Assembly (NCBI GenBank): GCA_965228475.1
Contig: OZ245817.1
Location: 2,144,001-2,208,000 of the forward strand
Direction of reading: 5' to 3'
DNA: 64,000 nucleotides
From: Myxococcota bacterium
GTDB lineage: Bacteria > Myxococcota_A > UBA9160 > JAFDDA01
Shown: positions 27,846 to 37,727 of the stretch, piece by piece
Layout: the number at the start of each line of letters is the position of its first letter
How positions within the stretch are numbered: the first letter of the stretch is position 1
Made by a program: the position numbers and the translations under genes
Notes under the pieces: generated by a model
Databases searched by the model: none
What the model was told of the DNA's origin: nothing
What the model saw: only the letters and a program-made list of their open reading frames with translations

Positions 27846-29073
27846 GGACCGTCTCCTCGAAGATCTCGGCGAGCCCGGCCGCCGCCTGATCCCACTGGAA
27901 CAGGTGAGCCACGCGCTCCCGGGCAGCGCGGCCCATGGCGGCGGCGCGCTCGGGGTCTCCGATCACCTCCCGGATGGCGTTGGCCAGGGCCTGCGGGTCG
28001 CGCGGCGGGACGAGCCGGCCCGCGGTGCCATCCGTGCCGATCACCTCGGGCAGGGCGCCCGCGGCGTTGGCGATCACCGGAAGGCCCGCGGCCATGGCCT
28101 CGCTGGCGGGGAACCCGAAGCCCTCGAAGAAGGAGGGCACCACGGCGGCGCGTGCCGTCGAGTACTGCGCCACGAGGTCCGGCAACTCGAGCATCTCCTT
28201 GTGCAGAACGACGCGCTTCTCGAGCCCGAACTTGCGGATCAGCCGGGGCACGAGGCCGTCTTCCGGGATGCGGCCATCGACGATCTTCAGCGTGACGTCC
28301 TCGGGCAGGAGCGAGAGCGCCTCGAGCAGCGTCCCCATGCCCTTCTTGCGGTCTTCGGTCCGGCCCACGAAGAGGAGGTCCGTCTCGACCGGCGTATCCG
28401 GGACGGGCTTGAAGATGTCGAGATCCGTCCCGTTGTAGACGACGCCGATGTCCTTCTCGGGAATCCCGAAGTAGCGCTCGATCTCCCTGCGCGACGCCTC
28501 GCTCACCGTCACGATCTTGGCGAGCCGCGGCGCGACCTGCTGCTGCATGAAGAGCGGGAAGTAGAGCGTGCGCTTGATCTTCATCTTCAGGCGCGGGTCG
28601 ATCGCGAAATCCGCCTCGCGATCGATGTGCAGCGGGTGGTGGATCACCGAGACGACCGGCGTGCCGGCCGCCTGAATCCCGAGGAGGCCCCAGGCCAGGC
28701 ACTGGTTGTCGAAGACGACGTCGAAGCGGTAGCGCTGCTGGAGCTGCTTCCAGCGCATCAGGAGGCGCAGGCCGAAGGTCTGCATCTCCGGGAAGACGCC
28801 GAAGCGCGAGACGCCGAGCTCCCACAGCGTGATCGGGTTGAACAGTTCGAACGGATCGTCGCGGCGCGCGAAGTCCGGGTGCGGGACGCCGAAGACGTTC
28901 GCGTTCGGGATCTCGTGGAGCGGAATGCCGGGCTCGAGTTCCGGGAGCGGCGGGCCGGCGATCACGTGCACGTCGTGCCCGGCCTTCTTCCACTCGCGTG
29001 CCAGGTACGCGGCGTAGATGCCCTGGCCGCCGCAGTACATGTTGCCGCGATAGGTGAGGAGCGCGATCCGCAA
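27814..29073 (-). CDS. GT4 glycosyltransferase, paralogue of 25777-27087
   Basis: YRGNMYCGGQGIY and PSFFEGFGFPASEAMAAG. TTG start at 29073. Confidence 0.88.
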   Translation of the reverse strand: MRIALLTYRGNMYCGGQGIYAAYLAREWKKAGHDVHVIAGPPLPELEPGIPLHEIPNANVFGVPHPDFARRDDPFELFNPITLWELGVSRFGVFPEMQTFGLRLLMRWKQLQQRYRFDVVFDNQCLAWGLLGIQAAGTPVVSVIHHPLHIDREADFAIDPRLKMKIKRTLYFPLFMQQQVAPRLAKIVTVSEASRREIERYFGIPEKDIGVVYNGTDLDIFKPVPDTPVETDLLFVGRTEDRKKGMGTLLEALSLLPEDVTLKIVDGRIPEDGLVPRLIRKFGLEKRVVLHKEMLELPDLVAQYSTARAAVVPSFFEGFGFPASEAMAAGLPVIANAAGALPEVIGTDGTAGRLVPPRDPQALANAIREVIGDPERAAAMGRAARERVAHLFQWDQAAAGLAEIFEETVRAAHGRSRAA

Positions 29074-29084
29074 GCGCGGCGGTC

Positions 29085-29336
29085 CTAGCTGGCGGAGGAG
29101 CCGCCGGGGGCGGGCTCCGAGGGCGGGGCGTCGACGGGCGGCTCGGGCTCCACCTGGATGGTCATGATCGTCCAGCCCACCCAGAAGGCGAGGCCGAGCA
29201 CGAACAGCGTCAGCGCCGCCACGGGCAGCGCGAGCGCCCAGTAGCTCCCCGAGAAGATTCCGGAGAGGAACAGGAGGGCCAGGATCGTCACCGCAGCGCA
29301 GATGATTCCGCCCTGGGTCCGGGAGGAGTCGTTCAT
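29085..29336 (-). CDS. Small two-TM membrane protein
   Basis: GGAG RBS, two hydrophobic helices; heads the GT-MT operon. Confidence 0.65.
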   Translation of the reverse strand: MNDSSRTQGGIICAAVTILALLFLSGIFSGSYWALALPVAALTLFVLGLAFWVGWTIMTIQVEPEPPVDAPPSEPAPGGSSAS

Positions 29337-29471
29337 GCTCATCTCTCCACAACGTCGTTTGGGGAAGTTCCGAAAAAGCGAGGCCGCGCCGAGTATTCGG
29401 GCGGGCAGGGCGCCCGTCAAGGGCCGCCGAAAGTCGAGGGTCTCGCAGGGAAAGTGCCTAACATCGCGGGC

Positions 29472-30602
29472 ATGCTGGTGATCGGCCTGATGTCCGGGAC
29501 CTCCGCGGACGGCATCGATGCGGCCCTCGTCGAGTGGCCCGACGGCCCGGAGGTGCGCCCGTTCCGCCTGCTCGCCTACCGGGAGGCGCCCCACCCGCCG
29601 GAGCTGCGGGCGCGCATCCACGCGTTGGCGGACGGGGAGACGGCACCCGGCGAGACCGTGCGCGAGCTCGCGCGTCTGGACGTCGCGCTCGGGGAGGCCT
29701 TCGCCGTGGCGGCCCGGGCGGTCGCGGAAGAGGCGGGGGTGCCGGCCGAGGCCGTCCATGCCGTGGCCTCCCACGGCCAGACCGTCGGGCACTACCCGGA
29801 GGATCGCGCGACGGTCCAGATTGGCGATCCCTCGGTGATCGCCGAGCGCACGGGCTGGGTGACCGTCGCGGACTTCCGCACGCGCGACGTCGCGGCCGGC
29901 GGGCAGGGCGCCCCGCTCGCGCCCTTCTTCCACCACGCGGCGCTCTCCGACCCCGCGGAGTCCCGCGTGGTGCTGAACCTCGGCGGCATCGCGAACGTCA
30001 CCTGGCTTCCGGCCGGCGGGCGTGCGGACGACGTCGTGGCCTTCGACACCGGCCCGGCGAACAGCCTGCTCGACGAGTGCGTTTCCCTCGCGACCGGCGG
30101 CGCCGAGCGCGTCGACCGCGACGGTGCGCGCGCCGCGAACGGGCAGGTCGACGAAGCCTTGCTGGCCGAACTCCTGGACGATGCGTACTTCCGCCGCGAG
30201 CCGCCGAAGTCGACCGGCCGCGAGCGCTACGGGCGCGCCGAGGCCGAGCGGATCTTCGGCATCGCGCAGGACCGCAAGCTCGCGGTCGAAGACCTCCTCG
30301 CCACGCTCGTCGCACTCACCGCGGAGACCGTCGCGGGCGCGTGCCGCACACTCGGGCCGCCCGCCCGCGTACTCGTTGCGGGAGGGGGCGGGAAGAATCC
30401 CAGCGTGCTGGCGGCCCTCGCCGAACGGCTCCCGGGCGTGGCTCTCGATCCGCTCGAGGCCCACGGCGTTCCCTCGGAGGCGGCCGAGGCGATGGCGTTC
30501 TCGTTGATGGGCCGGAACACGCTGCTCGGCGTGCCGAATCACCTGCCGCGGACCACCGGAGCGCGGGCCGCGCGCGTTCTCGGCGAAGTCGTCCGGCCCT
30601 AG
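29472..30602 (+). CDS. anmK: Anhydro-N-acetylmuramic acid kinase
   Basis: IGLMSGTSADGID, SHGQTV, DFRTRDVAAGGQGAPL, NLGGIAN, FDTGPAN and PPKSTGRE. Confidence 0.95.
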   Translation: MLVIGLMSGTSADGIDAALVEWPDGPEVRPFRLLAYREAPHPPELRARIHALADGETAPGETVRELARLDVALGEAFAVAARAVAEEAGVPAEAVHAVASHGQTVGHYPEDRATVQIGDPSVIAERTGWVTVADFRTRDVAAGGQGAPLAPFFHHAALSDPAESRVVLNLGGIANVTWLPAGGRADDVVAFDTGPANSLLDECVSLATGGAERVDRDGARAANGQVDEALLAELLDDAYFRREPPKSTGRERYGRAEAERIFGIAQDRKLAVEDLLATLVALTAETVAGACRTLGPPARVLVAGGGGKNPSVLAALAERLPGVALDPLEAHGVPSEAAEAMAFSLMGRNTLLGVPNHLPRTTGARAARVLGEVVRP

Positions 30603-30627
30603 CGGCCGGCACGCACGCCGAAGTCTT

Positions 30628-31365
30628 TCAGACGCGGATGATCAGGCCGTCGTCGGCGGTCGGCAGCTGGCACTGGCCGCGCAGCTTCGCCATCTCGGTG
30701 CCGAGGTGGGTGAGGATCATCTCGCCCACGTCGAACTGGTCCTGGCGTTCGACGAGCTCCTCGAGGCTCAGGTGGTACTCGTACCCCGGTTCGACCTGGG
30801 TGCACTCGCTGATGAAGAGGTCCGAGCCGCGGACGAGGTCCGGGAGCGCGTCGAACCATCCGGTGTCGCCGCTGTACGCGACGCGTTTGTCGCCGACCGT
30901 CACGACGTAGCCCTGGGGGTTCGCCTCGGGGTTGTGATGGGTCTGGAAGCCGACCACGTCGACCGGGCCGAGGTGCGTCGGCTTGCCGGGCTCGAGCACG
31001 GTGAACTCGGTCTTGAAACTCCAGAGCCGGTCCTCGAGCGGGTGACCGAGTGCGTCGCACGCGGCGCGCACGCGCTGCTCCACCTCGGGCGGCCCGGCGA
31101 TGCGCAGCTTCTCGCCGCGCTGGTCCTCGTAGAGCATCGCGATCAGCATGCTCGGGACGCCCGCGAAGTGGTCCGCGTGGAAGTGCGAGAGCACGATGGT
31201 GTCGACCTCGCCGCGTTCGATGCCGAGCTCGTTCATGCCGCTCAGCGTGGTGCCCGCGCAGTCGAACATCAGGCCGCCGCTCGGGCCGCGCACCAGGGTG
31301 CTCGATTGGCGCCGCCCGCCCGCCCCGAAGGCGTCGCTGGTTCCGATGAAGACGACCTCGCTCAT
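30628..31365 (-). CDS. MBL-fold metallohydrolase (RNase Z-like)
   Basis: GTSDAFGAGGR, SHFHADH, YSGDT and LTH. Confidence 0.85.
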   Translation of the reverse strand: MSEVVFIGTSDAFGAGGRRQSSTLVRGPSGGLMFDCAGTTLSGMNELGIERGEVDTIVLSHFHADHFAGVPSMLIAMLYEDQRGEKLRIAGPPEVEQRVRAACDALGHPLEDRLWSFKTEFTVLEPGKPTHLGPVDVVGFQTHHNPEANPQGYVVTVGDKRVAYSGDTGWFDALPDLVRGSDLFISECTQVEPGYEYHLSLEELVERQDQFDVGEMILTHLGTEMAKLRGQCQLPTADDGLIIRV

Positions 31366-32330
31366 TCCACTGCTCCGTTGCCGCTGCTCGCATCGTCCGC
31401 TGCGCTGCCCGAGACATCCACCGCGTGAAAACGGCCGCCGGCGAAGACGCCGTGGCTTCCGGAGAACCCGTCCGGGACGTGCTCGCCGTCCCAGACCACC
31501 GCGCGTTCGAGGCGCGCGCCCGCGCCGAGGGTCGCCCCGGCGCCGAGCACGAGGCCCGCATCGACGCGGGTTCCCGTGAGGTCGGCGGCGTCGGCCGGAT
31601 CCAGGTAGGAGAGCCGCGGGCAATCGAGGTTGGCGGCGAGGTACTCGGCGACGGTCCCGACGGGCTCCCAGGTGCACTCGTTCTCCGAGAGCACGACGCC
31701 ATGGACGTCGTCCGCGCCCTCGGCCAGTCGCGGCACGATCCAGTCCGTCAGGTGGTTCGACGGCTCCTGGGCCGGGAGGGAAGCGAGGGTCTCCCCCGAG
31801 ATCACGGTCGCATGGACGTACACGCCGGCGCTCACTTCGCCCCCGAGATCGAAGTGGCGGCCGATGCGCCGCACGCGCCCGGCGGAATCCACCCCGATCG
31901 TTCCGAACAACGACCCCCGCCGATCTTCCTTGAGCAGAAACGTGACAGCGGCGCCACGGGCGCGGTGGGCATCGGCGAGTTTCGTGAGATCCGCGTCGAG
32001 CAGCATGTCGCCCGCAAGTACGATGCACTGCTCGCTCGCCGCGAGGAATTCCGCCGCGCGGCGCAGGCCGCCGCCGGTGCCGAGCGGTCCCGGCTCGTCG
32101 GACCAGGAGAGTTCCATCCCCGAAGGACGGACGGCCTCGGTGCGTTCGGTCAGCACGGAAGCCAGGTAGTGGCGGTTGATGACGACCTCATCGACGCCGT
32201 GGCGTTCGAGCAGCCGTAGCCCGAAACCGATCACCGGCATGCCGCGGACGGGAAGGGCGGGCTTCGGGCGCAGCGCGGAGAGGGGCCGCACGCGCTCTCC
32301 GAGACCGGCGGCGAGGATCATGGCTCTCAT
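31362..32330 (-). CDS. Sugar-phosphate nucleotidyltransferase (MurU-like) with a short beta-helix tail
   Basis: MRAMILAAGLGERVRPL..PKP and LGTGGG. Translationally coupled to the AmgK-like gene. Confidence 0.8.
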   Translation of the reverse strand: MRAMILAAGLGERVRPLSALRPKPALPVRGMPVIGFGLRLLERHGVDEVVINRHYLASVLTERTEAVRPSGMELSWSDEPGPLGTGGGLRRAAEFLAASEQCIVLAGDMLLDADLTKLADAHRARGAAVTFLLKEDRRGSLFGTIGVDSAGRVRRIGRHFDLGGEVSAGVYVHATVISGETLASLPAQEPSNHLTDWIVPRLAEGADDVHGVVLSENECTWEPVGTVAEYLAANLDCPRLSYLDPADAADLTGTRVDAGLVLGAGATLGAGARLERAVVWDGEHVPDGFSGSHGVFAGGRFHAVDVSGSAADDASSGNGAVE

Positions 32331-33493
32331 GCCGGCGCCGCCCCGGGGCTCGCGAGGGGCAGCGCTTCCACCAGCTCCGCGATCGGCGCGAAGCGCGCAT
32401 CCGCGCTGCCGAGCCGGCGCGCTGCGGCCTTCAGCGCGCGCACGGTGGTCGGAACGTGGCGCAGGAAGCGGCGATCGCGCCGCGTCTCCGCCGCGTAGAG
32501 GAACCGGGCGTGGTCCTTGCCCTTGCGCGTGAGCGTCAGGGCGTCGAAGCGCAGGGCGAACTCCTGGCTGCGCGGATGGTCCGGCAGCCGCGGCCGGATC
32601 CGCTCGAGCTGGTGGGTGACCTCTTCCTCCGGCAGCTCGACGTAGGAGTCGCGGAGCAGACAGACCAGGTCGTATTCGGGCGGCGCGAGGAAGGCTCCCT
32701 GGAAGTCGATCACGGCGAGCCGGTGTCCGGCGCGCCGCCCCGACCGCACGAACAGGTTCGCGCTCTGGAAATCCCGATGGGCGAGCCGCTGGGGCGCGGT
32801 GCGGGCGAGCTCGGCGACGTGCGCGAAGGCGTCGGTCACGACGGTGCGTTCGGCCGGCGTCGCGGCGCGGCCGAGCGCCGCGGGGAGGCTCCAGTCGGCG
32901 AACAGCGCCGCCTTGTACTCGAAGTACGGTGCGTCGAGGTGCCGGTCGTGGGCCGGGATCGCCGGGTCCCGGTCGAAGCCGGCTTTCTGGAAGCGCGCCA
33001 CGAGGTCGCAGGCTTCCTCGTAGAGGCTGCGGAGCTCCTGGCTCCCGGCACCCCCCGCCACTTCCTCGAGCGAGCGGTCGCCGAGATCTTCCAGGTAGTC
33101 GACGCCCGCGCCGCCGCCGAAGCGCAGCGGAACCGGAATGCCGTGCTCGGCGAGGAAGGTCAGCGTCGGCTCGAGGGGCGGCTCGGGCGGGATGCCCGGC
33201 GGGCGCCCGCCCGGGTCCTCCGGTGCTTCGACCCGCACGATCAATCGGGCGGGCGTGCCGGCGGTCTCCACGCGGTAGAAGCTCCGCAGCCCGAGTCCTC
33301 CCGCGATGGCTTCGATCGACCGCACCGTCACGCCGAGGGCGGCTTCGACCTCGGCGGCGAGCTGGGCCTCGGCGGCGTCGCCGGTCCCCGTCTGGCCGGC
33401 GGCCATCTCGGGTTCCCCGTCTTCCCTCGGGGAGGCCCCGGCTTCTTCCGCGAGCTCCGGCGCTCGATCCATCGCCAAGGTCACCTCGGACAC
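32327..33493 (-). CDS. APH-family phosphotransferase (AmgK-like MurNAc/GlcNAc kinase)
   Basis: RSFYRV, LEDLGD, HRDFQSANL, IDFQGA and YDLVCLLRDSY. Start uncertain. Confidence 0.8.
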   Translation of the reverse strand: MSEVTLAMDRAPELAEEAGASPREDGEPEMAAGQTGTGDAAEAQLAAEVEAALGVTVRSIEAIAGGLGLRSFYRVETAGTPARLIVRVEAPEDPGGRPPGIPPEPPLEPTLTFLAEHGIPVPLRFGGGAGVDYLEDLGDRSLEEVAGGAGSQELRSLYEEACDLVARFQKAGFDRDPAIPAHDRHLDAPYFEYKAALFADWSLPAALGRAATPAERTVVTDAFAHVAELARTAPQRLAHRDFQSANLFVRSGRRAGHRLAVIDFQGAFLAPPEYDLVCLLRDSYVELPEEEVTHQLERIRPRLPDHPRSQEFALRFDALTLTRKGKDHARFLYAAETRRDRRFLRHVPTTVRALKAAARRLGSADARFAPIAELVEALPLASPGAAPA

Positions 33494-33556
33494 TCCTCGG
33501 GCCGCGTCAGGGCCGGTCGCAGGCGATCCCGCGGGGTCGAGTTGCGCGGGGGCGAA

Positions 33557-34867
33557 TCAGCCAAAGAACCAGTGGCAGGCGACCAGCGCTCCGACCAGAC
33601 CACAGAAGTCTCCAATCAAACAGGCCGCCAGGCCGTGACGGCCGTCACGGATGCCGGCGGCGCCCAGGTAGAGGGCCAGAACGTAGAACGTCGTTTCGGT
33701 CGAGCCCTGTAGTGTGCTCACCACGTACCCGACGAAGGAGTCCGGGCCGCTGCTCTGGAGGATCTCCGCCATCACCCCGTAGGCCCCGGAGCCCGAGAGC
33801 GGCCGCAGGAGGGCCATCGGCAGGGCCTCGGCGGGCATGCCCACGGCCGAGGTCAGGGGGGCGATCCACGCGACCAGGGCGTCGAGCGCCCCCGAGGCCC
33901 GGAGCATGCCGACGGCGACCACGATCGCGATCAGGTAGGGCGCGATGCGGACGGCCACCTCGAGGCCTTCGCGCCCACCGGCGACCGCGGCCTCGTAGAC
34001 GGGGACGCGCCGCCGCGCGCCGAACCACAGGAGGAGCGCGATCAGCCCGGCGAGGAGCCAGGTGCTGGCCACGTCCAGGAACACGTCGAGCCCGCTCGCG
34101 GCTTCGATGCGCCGGACGTGGAGCACGAGCGCGACCCCGAAGGCGAGCCAGAAGCCGCGCAGCGTCCAGAGCACCCAGGGCGCGGCGAGCGGCGGGAGCT
34201 CGTCCGGGATCTCGGTGTCGATGTCCTCGGCGCTCGGGGGCTCGGCGGCGGCCGCGGCGGCCGGCGGCTCGGGCCGGTCCTCCTGGCGGAGCCCGCGGAT
34301 GCGCTGCAGCAGCAGGCAGGCCGTGACGGCGCCGATCGTCGAGCAGAGCGTCGCGAACAGCGTCGTCGGGAAGATCGCCGCGGCGTTGGCGGACCCCTCG
34401 GCCGCGCGCAGCGCGATCACGCCCGAAGGCAGGAGCGTCACGCTCGACGTGTTCACGGCGAGGAAGAGCACCATCGAGTTGCTCGCGACGCCGGGCCGCG
34501 TGTTCAGCCGGTCGAGCTCGGCCATGGCCTTCAGCCCGAAGGGCGTCGCGGCGTTGCCCAGCCCGAGCATGTTCGACGCCATGTTCATGATCATGGCGCC
34601 CATGGCCGGGTGGTTCGCGGGGACGTCCGGGAAGAGGCGGCGGAGCAGCGGGGCGATGGCGCGGGCGATCAGGGTGAGGAGTCCGCCGGCGCGGGCCACG
34701 CTCATCAGGCCGAGGAAGAGCACCATCGGGCCGGTCAGCTTGATGGCGAGCATGAGCGCGTCGACCGCCGAGGCGACGATCTGCGCGTTCAGCTCTCCCA
34801 TGCGGCCGTTGAAGGCCGCCCAGAGCACCGAAATCAAGATCAGCGCGAGCCAGATCCCGTTGAGCAC
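33557..34867 (-). CDS. Fused SpmA-SpmB (nucleoside-recognition/gate domain) membrane protein
   Basis: LFPDVPANHPAMG..NMLGLGNAATPFGLKAM (SpmA part); LRPLSGSG and GSTETTFYVLALY (SpmB part). Confidence 0.88.
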   Translation of the reverse strand: MLNGIWLALILISVLWAAFNGRMGELNAQIVASAVDALMLAIKLTGPMVLFLGLMSVARAGGLLTLIARAIAPLLRRLFPDVPANHPAMGAMIMNMASNMLGLGNAATPFGLKAMAELDRLNTRPGVASNSMVLFLAVNTSSVTLLPSGVIALRAAEGSANAAAIFPTTLFATLCSTIGAVTACLLLQRIRGLRQEDRPEPPAAAAAAEPPSAEDIDTEIPDELPPLAAPWVLWTLRGFWLAFGVALVLHVRRIEAASGLDVFLDVASTWLLAGLIALLLWFGARRRVPVYEAAVAGGREGLEVAVRIAPYLIAIVVAVGMLRASGALDALVAWIAPLTSAVGMPAEALPMALLRPLSGSGAYGVMAEILQSSGPDSFVGYVVSTLQGSTETTFYVLALYLGAAGIRDGRHGLAACLIGDFCGLVGALVACHWFFG

Positions 34868-35034
34868 CCCACCCCCCGGAAGTGTGCTCGTCCGCCGGCC
34901 CAACCCGGGGCGGACGCGCCGGTTCGCGCCCGGGAAAGCCCGGGCGCGGACGTGCTTGTTCGCGCGCAAGCTCCCGGATAACTTCGGCGGCGTCAACCGC
35001 ACTCGCCCCCCGCGAAAACGAGGAGACGCAGCCC

Positions 35035-36540
35035 GTGTTGCGTTCGAAGTTCGCGCGCCCGCGGCCCGGAATCCTGCTGGCGGCTCTCGGGACGCTCGGC
35101 CTGGGGCTCGGGTGCCTGGCCGTGCCGCGGCCCGGGACGGCCGACGAGGCGCCCGGCGGCCGGGCCTCCATGCCGGTCCCGGGGGCGCCGTCGCCGCCGT
35201 CGCGGGCCTGGGAGCAGGGGGTCCGGCGGGCACTCGACGCGCGCGGCCTGCGCGGGGCAACACTCGGGGTGCTCGTCGCGGACGCGGACACCGGCGAGCG
35301 TTGGTTCGAGCGCGGCGCCGAGCGCGCCCTGATCCCCGCTTCGAACATGAAGATCCTGACCGCTCTGGCGGTCGGCGAAGAGTTTGGTCCGACCCATCGC
35401 TTCACGACGCCGGTTCGCGTCGGCGCCGCGCCCGACGCGGCGGGCGTCGTCCCCTGGCTTTCGGTGGAGGGTAGCGGGGATCCGTCGCTGACTTCGGAGC
35501 AGTGGTGGCGCCTGGCTGCGGACGTGGCGCGTCTCGGGGTGCGGCGCGTCGCGGGCGACGTCTTCCTCGACGCCTCGGCCTTCGACGAGCACCGCTGGCA
35601 CCCGAGCTGGGGGACGCCGAGCGCCCGGGCGTACTTCGGGCCGGTGGCGGCGCTGTCCGCGAACTACGGCGCGTTCGCGGTCGTGGTCGAGCCGGGCGCC
35701 GCGGGCGGCAAGGCGCGCGTGAGGACGGATCCGGCCGTCCCCTACCTCGCCGTCGAGAACCGCGCCACGACCGGGAAACGCACGAAGCTCGCGGTCGAGC
35801 GCAGGGCTGGCCCCGGCGTTCTGCGCGTGATCGTGAGCGGCACGATCGCCGCAGGGGCGGAGCCGGAGACGATCTGGCGCAGCGTGCTCGACCCCGTGGC
35901 CTACGCCGGGGCGGTCTTCCGCATGCAGCTCGAAGGGCTCGGGATCGCCGTCGACGGCCGCTTCCGCGCGGACCGTCCCGCCGGAACGAGCCCCGGCATC
36001 GAGCTGCACGCTTTCGAGGGCCAGGACGTGGGACAGCTCCTGCGCCTGCTCGGGAAGTACAGCAGCAACTTCATCGCCGAGGCCCTGGTGAAGGCCATGG
36101 GGCGTCACGCCTTCGGGACGGTCGGCGCATGGGATCCGGGCATGGAGGCCGTGCGCACGCGCCTGGCGGCGTTGGGCCTCGATCTTCGAGGCGCCCGCCT
36201 GGTCGACGGTTCCGGCCTCTCTCGCGACAACCGGGTGTCGGCGCGGCTGCTGGTCGAAGCGTTGCAGGCGGCTCGCGGCTCGTTCCGCATCGGGCCGGAG
36301 GTGCTCGCTTCGTTCCCGATCGCCGGCGGCGACGGCACGCTCGAGAAGCGCGCCTCGGGCGCGGCCGGTGCGGTGCGCGCGAAGACCGGGCTGCTGAACG
36401 GGGTGACGTCGCTCTCGGGCTACGCGGAGCGGGCGGACGGCCGCGTGGCGGCGTTCTCGATCCTGGTGAACGACTTCCAGAACGGCGCACCCGCGGCGCG
36501 GGCGGCCGTGGACGGATTCGTCGAGGCCCTCGTTCGCTGA
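35035..36540 (+). CDS. dacB: D-Ala-D-Ala carboxypeptidase/endopeptidase (PBP4, peptidase S13)
   Basis: PASNMK (SxxK), GSGDP, SSN, DGSGLSR and AKTG. Signal-like N-terminus and GAGGAG RBS. Confidence 0.92.
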   Translation: MLRSKFARPRPGILLAALGTLGLGLGCLAVPRPGTADEAPGGRASMPVPGAPSPPSRAWEQGVRRALDARGLRGATLGVLVADADTGERWFERGAERALIPASNMKILTALAVGEEFGPTHRFTTPVRVGAAPDAAGVVPWLSVEGSGDPSLTSEQWWRLAADVARLGVRRVAGDVFLDASAFDEHRWHPSWGTPSARAYFGPVAALSANYGAFAVVVEPGAAGGKARVRTDPAVPYLAVENRATTGKRTKLAVERRAGPGVLRVIVSGTIAAGAEPETIWRSVLDPVAYAGAVFRMQLEGLGIAVDGRFRADRPAGTSPGIELHAFEGQDVGQLLRLLGKYSSNFIAEALVKAMGRHAFGTVGAWDPGMEAVRTRLAALGLDLRGARLVDGSGLSRDNRVSARLLVEALQAARGSFRIGPEVLASFPIAGGDGTLEKRASGAAGAVRAKTGLLNGVTSLSGYAERADGRVAAFSILVNDFQNGAPAARAAVDGFVEALVR

Positions 36541-36586
36541 GGGCGACCGAAGACCTGAGGGCTCGCGATCGGCGCGCTGAGGGCGG

Positions 36587-36919
36587 TCAGCCGCCGATCA
36601 GCGAGAGGCCCATCGTGCGGGCGGCGACGATGTTGTTGGCCACGGCCAGGCCGGTCCAGAACACCGAGAAGGCCAGGAACGAGACCTTGATGAGGTGCGG
36701 CACTCGGGGCGTCCACGCCAGGAAGGCCAGGGCGACGACGGTGACCGCCGAATCGATCAGGAGCCCCTCGACCAGGCCGGCGCGCTTGAAGAGCCAGTCG
36801 GCGATGGGGTTGGCTTCGGTCACCTCCCACCCGGGTGCGGCGGAGGAGAGGCACAGGTAGGTGGTCCAGTGGTCGGCAGCGCTCAACAGCACGGTGAGCA
36901 GGAGCAAGACGGCAAGCAT
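36587..36919 (-). CDS. Small membrane protein (DUF5658-like)
   Basis: ADHWTT..EANP motif with about three TM segments. Confidence 0.65.
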   Translation of the reverse strand: MLAVLLLLTVLLSAADHWTTYLCLSSAAPGWEVTEANPIADWLFKRAGLVEGLLIDSAVTVVALAFLAWTPRVPHLIKVSFLAFSVFWTGLAVANNIVAARTMGLSLIGG

Positions 36920-37152
36920 TGCGGGTCCTCGACCCCCATTCCCGGCCCGGAGGAAGAGCAAGAAGCATGCCTCGTCCGGCGGCATCGCGCGGAGTGGCCC
37001 GCGGCGCATGGCCTTGGCGGAGCTTCTACGGGTGCGCTGCCGCGGGGCTGCGGCCGAGGCTCCGCGCGGGAGAGGGCAGGGCGGCGCTTCGGGCGCCGCG
37101 GAAGGGAACTCCACGTAACCCGTGCAAGAATCTGCGCAGTGGCGGGCGGGCC

Positions 37153-37395
37153 CTAGCGGGACCGCTTCATCTTTCCCTTGCCGAGCAGGAGCCAGTCGAG
37201 AGAAATGTTCTCCTTCATGGCCAGGGTGATGAGGAAGTCCGTGTGAGGGGTCGTTCCGTTCTCGTAGCGGTTCACGTTCTGTTGGAACACGCCGAGGTCG
37301 CGCGCGAACTGTCGCTGCGAGCGCTCGCCGCGCAGTTCGGACAGCCGGTCCGGGATTCGCTTCTTCATCCGCTTCATCTGCGCCGGCGACGCCAT
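37153..37395 (-). CDS. XRE-family HTH protein
   Basis: RLSELRGERSQRQFARDLG..YENG..P..ISLDWLLLGKG. AGGAG RBS. Confidence 0.85.
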   Translation of the reverse strand: MASPAQMKRMKKRIPDRLSELRGERSQRQFARDLGVFQQNVNRYENGTTPHTDFLITLAMKENISLDWLLLGKGKMKRSR

Positions 37396-37504
37396 CGGAA
37401 CTCTCCTGAAGTCTTTCGCGCGAGCCGTCTTCGGCGACGGGGCGCGCGTTCGGTGGAACGGAAACGAGAACGACGAACGCGGCGCAGGGCCGCGCGGGCG
37501 CCGG

Positions 37505-37533
37505 AGTGTACGCGAGGCCTTGATCGTGTCCAA
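37505..37533 (-). promoter_or_regulatory. Sigma-70-like promoter for the XRE gene
   Basis: Minus strand TTGGAC-N17-TACACT. Confidence 0.5.
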
Positions 37534-37727
37534 CAGAATTTCGTTTCTTTCGAGGGGCGATCTCGCGAAGCTCGACGGCCGGCCGGTGCGGCGCGATGCT
37601 GCGACGCAAGGACGTGTCGACGGGGACGCGGTCCGCGCGTTCTTCGCGTTCCGGATGGCGCGTTCGGGCCCAACCGGGCCGCCCGCCCGTACGATTCGGT
37701 CCGGGCGGTGTTGCAGGCGGTGTCGCA

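Noticed and set aside
33557..34867. SpmAB plus a WhiG-like sigma as evidence of endospore formation
   Set aside because: Both families occur in non-sporulating diderms, and the LptF/G and T4aP context indicates a Gram-negative organism.
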